Made by a program: the position numbers and the translations under genes. A stretch of DNA of 63,959 nucleotides, the filler included, from Nemertoderma westbladi (taxonomy: Eukaryota > Animalia > Xenacoelomorpha), in the NCBI GenBank assembly GCA_032718475.1. It is 3 parts of 3 records of this genome, joined end to end, with 100 filler letters (N's around TTAATTAATTAA, not from the genome) between each part and the next. Parts side by side here need not be neighbours in the genome. Positions count along the whole stretch, not along the records: positions 1 to 28,074 come from JAUCBJ010005211.1; positions 28,175 to 54,499 come from JAUCBJ010005779.1; 1 more part is not named here. One strand, 5' to 3'. Under the pieces are notes generated by a model. That model did no database searches and was not told where the DNA came from. It saw only the letters and a list, made by a program, of their open reading frames with translations. Shown in pieces: positions 25,870 to 37,479 of the stretch (the first letter of the stretch is position 1; the number at the start of each line of letters is the position of its first letter).

Positions 25870-28074
25870 TGGGTCAATTGGACCAATATTAATACGGTTA
25901 ACACACATTAACACCAATATTAACATAAATAGAAACAACTCCTCCAAACTCCCAACTAAACTCACTGTTAAAACTGGTCTTTCTACTGAAACAATTACTG
26001 ACCCAACTTCTATTGCAGATCTATTCAATCAACACTTTTCCACTATTGGCCAATCACTAGCTAGTACAATTCCCTCTTCACCATGCAGACCAGCTCGCCA
26101 CATAAACCCGCCTCGCAATTCTTTCTCCTTAATCGAAACCTGTCCTATTGAAGTTGAATATAAACTACTACAACTAGACCCACACACTGCCTCCAATGAC
26201 CCTTTTCCAACTCGCTTACTTATTCTAGCTGCTAAGCAATTATCTCATATCCTAAGTTATCTCTTTAATATATCTATTTCCCACGGTTTTTTCCCGGACA
26301 CTTTAAAAAAAGCCAAAGTTATCCCAGTTTTTAAATCAGGTGAACACTGCGATCGAAATAATTACCGTCCCATCTCTCTCTTGCCAATTCTTAGTAAAAT
26401 TTTTGAACAATTAATTAACTCGCAGCTTCTCTCCTACATACATAAATTCTCGATCCTTTCATCCTGCCAATATGGTTTCCGCCCCAAGACTACCACCTCT
26501 CATGCCCTACTATCCGTCATTGAAAATTTACACCAGTACCTCGACAATAAAAATTATTCCTGTGTAATATATATTGATCTAAAAAAAGCGTTCGACACAA
26601 TTAACCACGATATACTTCTCCAAAAACTCTCCTGCTATGGTATCCGCGGCCTACCACTACAATTATTTTCCAGCTATCTCTCTGCTCGCACCCAATGCGT
26701 TTCTATTGGAAATAATACATCCTCCTACCTTCCTCTTAACACCGGCGTCCCTCAAGGCGCCACCTTGTCCCCCCTCCTATTCCTCCTTTACATTAACGAC
26801 CTCCCAAACGCTACCCGACTTTTCACTACGCTCTTTGCCGATGACACTACTCTATACGCCACTGGTTCGAACTTACCTCTACTAAGCGACTTTGTTAACT
26901 CTGAACTCAACACCCTCTCTGATTGGCTGTCTGATAACAAACTCTCCTTAAATCTAACCAAAACTGAATATACTATCCTTTCTAACAAACGTTTTAACCC
27001 CACAGATCTTAAAATTCAAATAAATAATACTCTTATCGATTTTAAAATCTCAACAAAATTTTTAGGTATTTCGGTTGATAATAAACTTTGCTGGAAGTCA
27101 CATATTAATTCAATAATTAAAAAAATCTCCAAAACCGGTGGTTTATTCTATAAACTCAGATACATTTTTCCATTAAATATCTTACGCCAACTATATTTTT
27201 CCCTTATCCACCCCTATCTATTATATGGTATCTTAATTTGGGGAAAAACCCATTCTTCTACGCTTAAACCCCTACGTACCAAAATTAATAAAATAATTCG
27301 TTGTATTACATTTTCTCACAGCCGTTCATCATCCAACCCTATTTACAAATCGTTATCTATTTTACCCATTGACCTTCTATACAAACATCAAACCGCCTTA
27401 CTTATGTACGACGCAAATAATAACACTATTCTTCCAACCTCCCCCATCGGTAAATTATTTAAAAAAATCTCTCATGGATATTCTACCCGCTTAGCTGCCT
27501 CTTTTGGCTTCATCGTCCCTTTAGTTAGATTAGATTCCTCCCAATGCTCTATCCGTTATCAGGGCCCAACCATCTGGAACTCGGTTCCCTCTGAAATCAA
27601 GATCAAAAATTCTAAAAACTCATTCTCAAAGGCATATAAACGACATATTCTAAATTATATTTAAATCTCTGATAACATAACTCTATTCCAACATACGCCA
27701 TGCGATAACCCCATTTATTTTTCAAGACATAACGTCCATGCGATAACCCCATTTATTTTTCAAGACATAACGTCCTGTGTTTGAAATGATCCACCTCGGT
27801 ACTACTTAAATTGCAGCATACTGTACTCCATGAGCACTTCATTAAATTCACCCTAATCTGAGCAACAAAACGCACCCCCCCCCCCCCCCCACCCCCTCCT
27901 CCCCCACTCCTCCTACCCCCCCCCCCCCCTCCTCCCACTTATGACTTACGCATTGGCCCTGGCTCCACTAGCTCTGCTATTGCCTGCGCCTCTGCTGCCA
28001 ATATTTACTATGTTAATCTGTGCAATTCGTGTATGTTTTAGTTATAAGTGAAAGAAATATACGAATTTGAATTT
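25870..28074 (+). mobile_element. 5'-truncated L2/CR1-group LINE
   Basis: ORF2 C-terminal half, then a 3' UTR with poly-C tracts and a gaattt repeat tail running into the gap. Confidence 0.9.
26381..27664 (+). CDS. LINE reverse transcriptase domain (open frame, 5'-truncated)
   Basis: NYRPISLLP just upstream, then QYGFR, DLKKAFDT, GVPQGATLSPLLF, LFADD and FLGI. Confidence 0.9.
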   Translation: MPILSKIFEQLINSQLLSYIHKFSILSSCQYGFRPKTTTSHALLSVIENLHQYLDNKNYSCVIYIDLKKAFDTINHDILLQKLSCYGIRGLPLQLFSSYLSARTQCVSIGNNTSSYLPLNTGVPQGATLSPLLFLLYINDLPNATRLFTTLFADDTTLYATGSNLPLLSDFVNSELNTLSDWLSDNKLSLNLTKTEYTILSNKRFNPTDLKIQINNTLIDFKISTKFLGISVDNKLCWKSHINSIIKKISKTGGLFYKLRYIFPLNILRQLYFSLIHPYLLYGILIWGKTHSSTLKPLRTKINKIIRCITFSHSRSSSNPIYKSLSILPIDLLYKHQTALLMYDANNNTILPTSPIGKLFKKISHGYSTRLAASFGFIVPLVRLDSSQCSIRYQGPTIWNSVPSEIKIKNSKNSFSKAYKRHILNYI

Positions 28075-28173
28075 NNNNNNNNNNNNNNNNNNNNNNNNNN
28101 NNNNNNNNNNNNNNNNNNTTAATTAATTAANNNNNNNNNNNNNNNNNNNNNNNNNNNNNNNNNNNNNNNNNNN
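28075..28173. other. Assembly gap with artificial six-frame stop linker
   Basis: N-run, TTAATTAATTAA, N-run. The same construct occurs at 54500-54599. Confidence 0.97.
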
Positions 28174-29986
28174 NTATATTTATAGGCAAAGCTAAACAAG
28201 AGTACACCAACAGTACACTGTTGGTTGTAATAAAGCGTAAACCAACAGTACACTGTTGGTTGTAATAAAGAGTAAATTCCTAACAAAAATCAATATAACT
28301 AAATAGGGTAAATTAATTTGCGCCAGGTCAAATTAAAATAACTAAAATTAATTTCCCGCCAGACAGAGTTGCCTTTAAGTAGTGTAAATAAATATTAAAT
28401 GTCAAAGGATATTACTTCTGATTGGTCAATTCCTTAACTACCGTAATTGATTGGCTTAAAAGTAAAGCGCAAGGCAAAAAACCCTAACTCAAGGATAGGG
28501 TTATTTGGTCGACAGAGTTAACAAGGCAAAGCACCCTATATGGTCGAATTTAGCTATGGGGTGTTTTGCCTCGAAGCTGTTGATTTAAGATGTTGCCATG
28601 GGGTGTTTTAAGATTGAAAAAGTCCGATTTCGTGAAAGGAACACCCCACTTTTCTTAGTTTCATTGAAAAGAGCGTGTCAAGTTACCCCAATTGGTCAAA
28701 TAAAATTTTTTTTGAAAATTTTGAGATAAGGTGTATTGCCAAACAACGGCAGTAGCATTACTCAAAAGTTTACAAATCAAAATCCGATCCAAAACCAAAA
28801 CTTATCTAAAACCCAAAGCCATCTCATTATGATATATTTCTAAAGCCATCTCAGTAATATTTATCATAAACATTTTTACAAATATTGCATATTTTAATTT
28901 TTTACACTTATTAAAATCTAACCATACACATTATAATGTTTAAACTAGCCTCATGAGATTTATACAATGTACAAACTATTCCATTTTATTGTATAATGTA
29001 AGAATTGTCCCATTTTATTTTGTATTTAATTAATAGATTGTTTGATTTTAATGTATATGGTATAGATTGTTAGACGATAGTCAAACCTTTTTATTTAAAG
29101 ACCCTTTGTTATTTTATTTAAACTCATTATCATAATATTGTTCATGTTTTATTTTATTTGCGGGAGGCCTGTGCATACATTACAAAAAAATGAGTTGCGA
29201 TGGTGTATCTATAATGTTCAAAATGTAAATTAATATTAATATTAATTAATATAATATATTATTATATAATAATAATATAAATTGGACTATTTTGCAATAC
29301 TAACTCTCAATTCTCCTCAACAATACTCTCACTTCCCTTGTATTACCATAATGTACTCAGTATGATATAGTAATTGTATAGTGCATGTTGTGTCATATAT
29401 ATCTGTTTTGTGTTATGTGCGCAAATCGCGCTTAATAAATCGCATAAATTCCTTGGTTGTATCAAAACCAAGGAATTTATGTTCGCACTTGCAGTTTTAG
29501 TGCCATACAATGCGCATCGGTGCACATAGCGCATTAACGGACCAACACATCGGTGCGCATAGCGCATTAACGGACCAACACATGGATTTGCTCCCGCGTT
29601 TATCGTGTTACCGTTTGCCCACCGGGCCGTGGCAGCTAGGATGGCATCTCTAGAGTCAGCTAAGAATAGGAGGTAATCTACTGTACGAATGAAAGAACTA
29701 CGATTCTGCCAATGACTGTTGCTGCATATTTAATAAAGGCCACCATGTCGAAAATAAATTAAAAGAGAAAAGGGCTGACCGGCTGGGCAATAAATTGAAA
29801 GATTTTAGATTGGGGAATCTACAAATCTACTTGAAATGTTTGACTAGACAATTTTGTTAGGTCACGTTTTTTTGGCCTACCGTTCCTTACTGAAACATCC
29901 TAGAATGGTTTTAGGTTAGAGTTTAGATTCCATACTGAACCATCATAGAATGGTTTTAGGTTAGAGTTTAGATTCCCTGAACCAAC

Positions 29987-30162
29987 CTTGAAGGGTTTTG
30001 AATTAGCAAGAGCAGCTAAAGTATTTCTAGACGTTTTCCCACTCCGTGTTTTCGGCAGTTTGTCTACAATAACAACGTGTTTGAAGGCGGCTACAGGACC
30101 AACTGATCTCCTAACGGCCTCAACTATTTCAGCAGAAATGGCCTTCTTGTCTTTATTAACCC
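29987..30162 (-). CDS. ACSS3: Acyl-CoA synthetase short-chain family member 3, exon (last one found)
   Basis: ttccag|GG acceptor, VNKDKKAISAEIVEAVRRSVGPVAAFKHVVIVDKLPKTRSGKTSRNTLAALANSKPFK, gttggt donor. Contains the LPKTRSGK motif. The terminal exon was not confidently located. Confidence 0.92.
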
Positions 30163-30220
30163 CTGGAATATTTAAAATTTAATTATTAAATAATCAGTTT
30201 AAAAACTTAGAATGGTCCAA

Positions 30221-30490
30221 GGTTCCACCTTGGTGTAGTGGTTGCATTGAATTCACATCTCCCGTAGGTCGTGTGTTCGATCCTCACATGGGCCAGGGCA
30301 GTTTTCGTTTCGGCACGAATGCTTTAAAGGGACCAGGGCGCATCTCTGCCTTGCATCCTTAAGTGGTAGCTAAATGAGTACAGGAGTTTCCTCTGGATAG
30401 TAAAGCTCTGGGGGGACCGCACTGGAAATAGACTTTGTGCGTAATCCCTGGCCAAGCGGACGAAGAAAATTTACTTTTACTTTACTTTAA
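30221..30490 (+). mobile_element. tRNA-derived SINE
   Basis: A box TGGTGTAGTGG, B box GTTCGATCC and a (TTTAC)n tail. Confidence 0.8.
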
Positions 30491-30649
30491 GCAGGTTAAA
30501 AACTTAAATAGCAGCTACTTGGTCTAGTGGTGACATAACTGGGCTTCGAATAAGTTGACCCTCGTCCAGTCCCTAGGCTGAGTGCTTTAAATGCTACGAC
30601 CTGACCAAACCCAGACTTTCATCCTTGACTGGGCAATAAATGGGAACCA

Positions 30650-30870
30650 AGGAGCTACGATAGGAGCAAATATAGGTGCTAAGATAGGAGCTACGATAGG
30701 AGCTAAGATAGGAGCTACGATAGGAGCAAATATAGGAGCTAAGATAGGAGCTACGATAGGAGAAAATATAGGTGCTAAGATAGGAGCTACGATAGGAGCA
30801 AATATAGGAGCTAAGATAGGAGCAAATATAGGTGCTAAGATAGGAGCAAATATAGGAGCTAAGATAGGAG
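30650..30870. repeat. 12-bp minisatellite (ataggagctaag and variants)
   Basis: About 18 copies of variants ataggagctaag, ataggagctacg and ataggagcaaat. Confidence 0.95.
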
Positions 30871-31090
30871 TTATGATACGAGACTGATTGGGAAACAGAT
30901 TGGATGACTTTACTGTGGAAGAAAACCCATGGTGGTGAACGGGTATTCTCTGGCTTAAAAGAGTCTAAAAGATTCTCCAATTCAATAGAATTGAAAATAC
31001 CTCAAATAGTATCGACTTACTCAATCTCAACTTGAAGGTAATTTCTAGTCTTTGACGTATATCTTGATTACTTGACATATAATTAATGGA

Positions 31091-34000
31091 GTGGAGCAGT
31101 GGAGCAGTAGTGGAGCAGTACACATGTGGAGCAGTACACATGTGGAGCAGTGCACCTGTGGAGCAGTGCGCCTGTGGAGCAGTACACATGTGGTGCAGTA
31201 CACATGTGGAGCAGTGCGCCTGTGGAGCAGTACACATGTGGAGCAGTACACATGTGGAGCAGTACACATGTGGAGCAGTGCGCCTATGGAGCAGTACACA
31301 TGTGGAGCAGTGCGCCTTTCGAGCAGTACACATGTGAAGCAGTACACATGTGGAGCAGTACACATGTGGAGCAGTGTGCCTGTGGAGCAGTACACATGTG
31401 GAGCAGTGCGCCTGTGGAGCAGTACACATGTGGAGCAGTACACATGTGGAGCAGTGCGCCTATGGAGCAGTACACATGAGGAGCAGTACACATGTGGATC
31501 AGTACACATGTGGAGCAGTACACATGTGGAGCAGTACACATGTGGAGCAGTACACATGTGGAGCAGTGCGCCTGCGGAGCAGTACACATGTGGAGCAGTA
31601 CACATGTGGAGCAGTGCGCCTGTGGAGCAGTACACATGTGGGGCAGTACACATGTGGAGCAGTACACATGTGGAGCAGTACACATGTGGAGCAGTACACA
31701 TGTGGAGCAGTACACATGTGGAGCAGTACACATGTGGAGCAGTACACATGTGGAGCAGTACACATGTGGAGCAGTACACATGTGGAGCAGTAACCATGTG
31801 GATCAGTATACATGTGGAGCAGTACACATGTGGAACAGTACACATGTGGAGCAGTGCACCTGTGGAGCAGTACACATGTGGGGCAGTACACATGTGGAGC
31901 AGTACACATGTGGAGCAGTACACATGTGGGGCAGTACACATGTGGAGCAGTACACATGTGGAGCAGTACACATGTGGAGCAGTACACATGTGGAGCAGTA
32001 CACATGTGGAGCAGTACACATGTGGAGCAGTACACATGTGGAGCAGTACACATGTGGAGCAGTGCGCCTGTGGAGCAGTACACATGTGGGGCTGTACACA
32101 TGTGGGGCAGTACACATGTGGAGCAGTACACATGTGGAGCAGTACACATGTGGAGCAGTACACATGTGGAGCAGAAAACATGTGGAGCAGTACATATGTG
32201 GAGCAGTACACATGTGGAGCAGTACACATGTGGAGCAGTACACATGTGGAGCAGTACACATGTGGAGCAGTACACATGTGGAGCAGTACACATGTGGAGC
32301 ATTACACATGTGGAGCAGTACACATGTGGAGCAGTACACATGTGGAGCAGTACACATGTGGAGCAATGCGCCTGTGGAGCAGTACATATGTGGAGCAATG
32401 CGCCTGTGGAGCAGTACACATGTGGAGCAGTGCGCCTGTGGAGCATTACGCCTGTGGAGCAGTACACATGTGGAGCAGTACACATGTGGAGCAGTACACA
32501 TGTGGAGTAGTACACATGTGGAGCAGTACACATGTGGAGCAGTACACATGTAGAGCAGTACACATGTGGAGCAGTGCGCCTGTGGAGCAGTACGCCTGTG
32601 GAGCAGTCCGCCTGTGGAGCAGTATACACATGTGGAGCAGTACACATGTGGAGCAGTACACATGTGGAGCATTACACATGTAGAGCAGTACACATGTGGA
32701 GCAGTACACATGTGGAGCAGTACACATGTGGAGCAGTACACATGTGGAGCAGTACACCTGTGGAGCAGTGCGTCTGTGGAGCAGTACACATGTGGAGCAG
32801 TACACATGTGGAGCAGTACACATGTGAAGCAGTACACATGTGGAGCAGTGCACATGTGGACCAGTACACATGTGGAGCAGTGCGCTGTGGAGCAGTACAT
32901 ATGTGGAGCAGTACACATGTGGAGCAGTACACATGTGGAGCAGTACACATGTGGAGCAGTGCGCCAGTGGAGCAGTACACAAGTGGAGCAGTACACATGT
33001 GGAGCAGTACACATGTGGAGCAGTACACATGTGGAGCAGTACACATGTGGAGCAGTACACATGTAGAGCAGTACATATGTGGAGCAGTACACATGTGGAG
33101 CAGTACACATGTGGAGCAGTACACATGTGGAGCAGTACACATGTGGAGCAGTGCGCCTGTGGAGCAGTACACATGTGGAGCAGTACGCCGGTGGAGCAGT
33201 ACACATGTGGAGCAGTACACATGTGGAGCAGTACACATGTGGAGCAGTACACATGTGGAGCAGTACACATGTGGAGCAGTACACATGTGGAGCAGTACAC
33301 ATGTGGAGCAGTACACATGTGGAGCAGTACACATGTGGAGCAGTACACATGTGGAGCAGTACACATGTGGAGCAGTACACATGTGGAGCAGTACACATGT
33401 GGAGCAGTACACATGTGGAGCAGTACACATGTGGAGCAGTACACATGTGAAGCAGTACACATGTGGAGCAGTGCACATGTGGAGCAGTACACATGTAGAG
33501 CAGTGCGCCTGTGGAGCAGTACACATGTGGAGCAGTACACATGTAGAGCAGCACACATGTGGAGCAGTACACATGTGGAGCAGTGCGCCTGTGGAGTAGT
33601 ACACAAGTGGATCAGTACACATGTGGAGCAGTGCACATGTGGAGCAGTACACATGTAGAGCAGTGCGCCTGTGGAGCAGTACACATGTGGAGCAGTACAC
33701 ATGTAGAGCAGCACACATGTGGAGCAGTACACATGTGGAGCAGTGCGCCTGTAGAGCAGTACACAAGTGGAGCAGTACACATGTGGAGCAGTACACATGT
33801 GGAGCAGTACACATGTGGAGCAGTACACATGTGGAGCAGTACACATGTGGAGCAGTACACTTGTGGAGCAGTACGCCTGTGGAGCAATGCGCCTGTGGAG
33901 CAGTACACATGTGGAGCAGTACACATGTGGAGCAGTACACATGTGGAGCAGTACACATGTGAAGCAGTACACATGTGGAGCAGTGCACATGTGGAGCAGT

Positions 34001-34191
34001 ACACATGTGGAGCAGTGCGCCTGTGGAGCAGTACACATGTGGAGCAGTACACATGTGGAGCAGTGCGCCTGTGGAGCAGTACACAAGTGGAGCAGTACAC
34101 ATGTGGAGCAGTACACATGTGGAGCAGTACACATGTGGAGCAGTACACATGTGGAGCAGTACACATGTGGAGCAGTACACATGTGGAGCAG
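31091..34191. repeat. 16-bp minisatellite, ~190 copies, intronic
   Basis: Unit gtggagcagtacacat, with variant gtggagcagtgcgcct interspersed. Confidence 0.98.
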
Positions 34192-35704
34192 ATACAACCC
34201 ACTTTACCAGGTAGGCGCATCTATAATCGGGAGAGCTATCTTTCTGAAATATTTATAAATCTTTCTGTAATGCAATTCTTGGCAATATTACTGAAATTAT
34301 TTGTCCACCAATACCACTGGTTATTATTGTTAGAGTAGAGTAAGATGGTTGCCAAGCAACCATTACCACAAGGCCAGTAATGGGTACAGCATATATGTAT
34401 GTAATATACGGAACATGAATATTATTATAATATTACTGCAATAATTTGTATTGGTAGAAACAACCAAATGTATTTTTTTATGTGTATTTATGTATCCAAA
34501 AAAAGGCGTTGGTACACGATATACTGTACAACTGATACACAATACTACTAACTGCACACTACACTAATACGATACCTCAAAAAAAAATTACTAATTTACT
34601 TTACTTATTTACTGGTTTAAAAAATATAGTAATATAATAATTTATACTGTTGGTAGTGATAGAATTAACAAATTTAATTTTATATAACTATATTTTTGGG
34701 CATTCCGTTACTAATAACTAAATAACACAGGTTCAGTATGGGCGGAGTAGAAGTCAATTTGCAGTTTATTTCTTACGCAAAGGAAATTTCAGTATTACGT
34801 GCTAAAAGTAGTCCAGTAATTCACAGTGAAAAATAAATGTATGGGTGTTAGTTAAAGTATAGTAGCTTTACTTGTTCAATTTCTAATAAAAATTAATTGG
34901 AATATAGTTCAGGGTTATTAGCGTTTCTCGCCGCCAACTTAATGGGTAAACAACCGATGTTAATCCATGACTACATACAGTACATACTGTATTATTCCAT
35001 AAATATTATTTATAACAGAATTATTATAGCCAACGTATCACTTACACTCACGACACCTTTCAGAAATAAATATTTGACCTTTTCTTTCCACAAATACATG
35101 GATGTAAGTGAAACAAAACCCATCTTCCTAAAAATTGCAGCATTCACGTTCAATTCCGCAAAAATTTGAAAATTTATTTACGTTCAAATAATTGGATGTA
35201 TTATAATACAAACAACAGAATGTCGGAAGTTAAAAAGTGATTTGTTGAGTTTATGGTATATAGGCCGACTGGTACTATCAAACCTACAACTGCTCCGCTC
35301 CCAATTGTAAAAAAAATTATAGTATTGAAGGTGATAATGTAATAAAAGTATTATTTAAGTCACATTATAACGGCTACTCCCATGGGGCCTACAATATTAT
35401 TATTATTATTTTTTATCACCATCCACCCCCCAGACTAATCCCTGGCTACGCCCCCGGTGGTAGTGTGTAGGACTGAAGGGCTACTACGCTTCAAGTATTA
35501 TTCACCGAGGCGGGAGATATTAATTCGCGGAAAATGAGACTTGCATCCCCCCATCTCCCCCCACACTACTTCCTCAACATGTAGGCTTACACATAGTACA
35601 ACACATTTAATAATTATTAGCTAGATCCAACAGAAAAATGTTATATGCTTAAATAAGTGGAATACAGTATTTAGTTTGTTGGAATAGCACATGAATAGTT
35701 TGAA

Positions 35705-36403
35705 ATGCCCGCCATCATGGATCCTTTAGATATGGAAATCGATAATCTAGAGCGTGAAGGGAAGCGAAAACCGAAACCCAAGGAATGTCCGGCCATCGTC
35801 GTTGATATCGACATAGACTTCAACCTGAAATCGATAAAAGACCATCCGGTCTACGACGAGATAGGGAACATGATCCCGTTCGAACATCTGTACCGGAAGC
35901 AGAAGACCATCGTCGTATTCGTGCGTCACTTCCTGTGCTACGTGACGCGGGATTACGTCACGGATTGGGCGCGGGTCAGCCAACGCGCTCTGGACGACGC
36001 CTCGACGCGGCTGGTGCTGGTCGGCTGCGCCCCCTACCGGCACATCCGGGGATTCAAGCAGACCACGGGGTTCCCCTACCAGGTCGTCTGCGACCCGGAG
36101 CGAACCATCTACAAGGGCCTCGGAATGATAGAACGACTCGACGCCGGTTGGGGATCGAAACACGTGAAATCCAGCAACTTGTTCGGGACAGTAAAGACTC
36201 TGTGGTGGGGAATGAAGAGTCTGGAGTACCAGGGGGACCTCAAACAGCAGGGGGGTCAGTATATTCTCGGACCAAACAGTGACGTCACATGGTACCACAT
36301 AGATACAAAGTCACACGACCACGCGCCAATCAACTTAATATTAGCGAAAGCCGGCGTGGAACAGGTTAACTTTGAAGGCGACACAGGGGTTATGAATTTT
36401 TAA
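35705..36403 (+). CDS. PRXL2C: Peroxiredoxin-like 2C (AAED1-type AhpC/TSA-2 domain), intronless CDS nested in an ACSS3 intron
   Basis: 232-aa ORF with IVVFVRHFLCYVTRDYV, DPERTIYKGLG, SKHVKS, QGDLKQQGG and DHAPIN, matching PRXL2C motifs. GC-rich third codon positions. Confidence 0.88.
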   Translation: MPAIMDPLDMEIDNLEREGKRKPKPKECPAIVVDIDIDFNLKSIKDHPVYDEIGNMIPFEHLYRKQKTIVVFVRHFLCYVTRDYVTDWARVSQRALDDASTRLVLVGCAPYRHIRGFKQTTGFPYQVVCDPERTIYKGLGMIERLDAGWGSKHVKSSNLFGTVKTLWWGMKSLEYQGDLKQQGGQYILGPNSDVTWYHIDTKSHDHAPINLILAKAGVEQVNFEGDTGVMNF

Positions 36404-37332
36404 AAAGTAATTTATTTTCGGTACCAAAAATATTACCATTCCCACACCAAATGTAACATATTATTGGGTTGTTAAGAAAATATTTACATATAGGAAAATC
36501 CACAAAATAAAAGTGGAATAACATTAATTTTATTATTGGCGTGTAAAATTTTCAACTATTTTTGGCCTAGTTTATATGACGCCAATTAAAAAGCTATTTC
36601 CGAATTGATTTATAAAATATTGCAATAAAATTAATCTATAGTACATAGCGGAGGAAGATGTATCCGATAGTGGTTAGACTAGTGAGTGAGTGAAACTGTT
36701 GTAGTCTTACCAGTTATATTGTCCGTTATCTGTTTGTGTATGTCTGTCTGTAGCCAAGGCCATTTATTAAACGCGTCCCATTCCAATAATAACCATATAA
36801 TATATCCTTGCATTGAAATTTTGGTCCGTGAAATAAATATAGCTTTCAGTTCCGCACGAACAATGGACCGCGAACAGCGCTGATACTTTGTTAGTAAACT
36901 TAGTAACTCAAGGATAGCTTGTTTGGAGGTGTTTTACAAACTTGGTATTTATAATACGAATATAAAGCCAAGGAAATTGTCTTATTTTATAAATGTGTCG
37001 GTTTGAACTATTTAGTTTAATTTAATATGTTGTATTTGTTTATTGAAGGGTAATCAATCATAATTAATTAATTATAAAGATACATTTTAAGTATCATTAT
37101 TTATTTATTATTATAAGTATATTGAGTAACAATTAATTACAATGTTGCATTAGTAGCTGAAAAATCAGAGTATTTAAAACGTAAGTGTAATAATATACCG
37201 TATTTATTTGAATAAACGTAAAATGACTTAAAAACGTTTATAAATTTGCCCAAAAGCGGGAATTGGTCTTATATTAGAGTAAATACGGTAAACTAGTGAT
37301 GATTATTACTGCTGTCGCTCTATAATACTAAC

Positions 37333-37432
37333 CGGTTTTTAAAACCACTATTCCAAGAGGTATGTGACCCTTCAGCTTATCTTCAATCGCTATGGCGACG
37401 CACTCCGCAAGATCACCTTGTTCAAGCATTCC
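37333..37432 (-). CDS. ACSS3: ACSS3 exon
   Basis: tttttag acceptor, GMLEQGDLAECVAIAIEDKLKGHIPLGIVVLKT(G), gttagt donor. Phases match both neighbouring exons. Confidence 0.9.
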
Positions 37433-37479
37433 CTAAAAACAAGTGCAAACAAAGCAGCAATATACGAGTTGTTTACAAT

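Noticed and set aside
28075-28173. TTAATTAATTAA palindrome inside N-runs (also at 54500-54599)
   Set aside because: This is an artificial contig-joining linker. It also means neighbourhood across the gaps should not be interpreted.
29660-29677. Candidate ACSS3 terminal exon tag|ATT ACC TCC TAT TCT TAG (ITSYS*)
   Set aside because: It matches only three residues of the expected ending and lacks the TIED-like motif. The real last exon may lie in or beyond the gap.
30591-30887. GAxI-repeat ORF resembling a glycine zipper
   Set aside because: It is a translation of a 12-bp minisatellite with no splice or homology support.
30900-31050. ERVFSGLK, resembling a hAT dimerisation motif
   Set aside because: Too short and without supporting flanking residues or termini.
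30965-34338. Long Cys/His-rich ORFs on both strands
   Set aside because: They are by-products of a stop-free 16-bp repeat, with no independent coding evidence.
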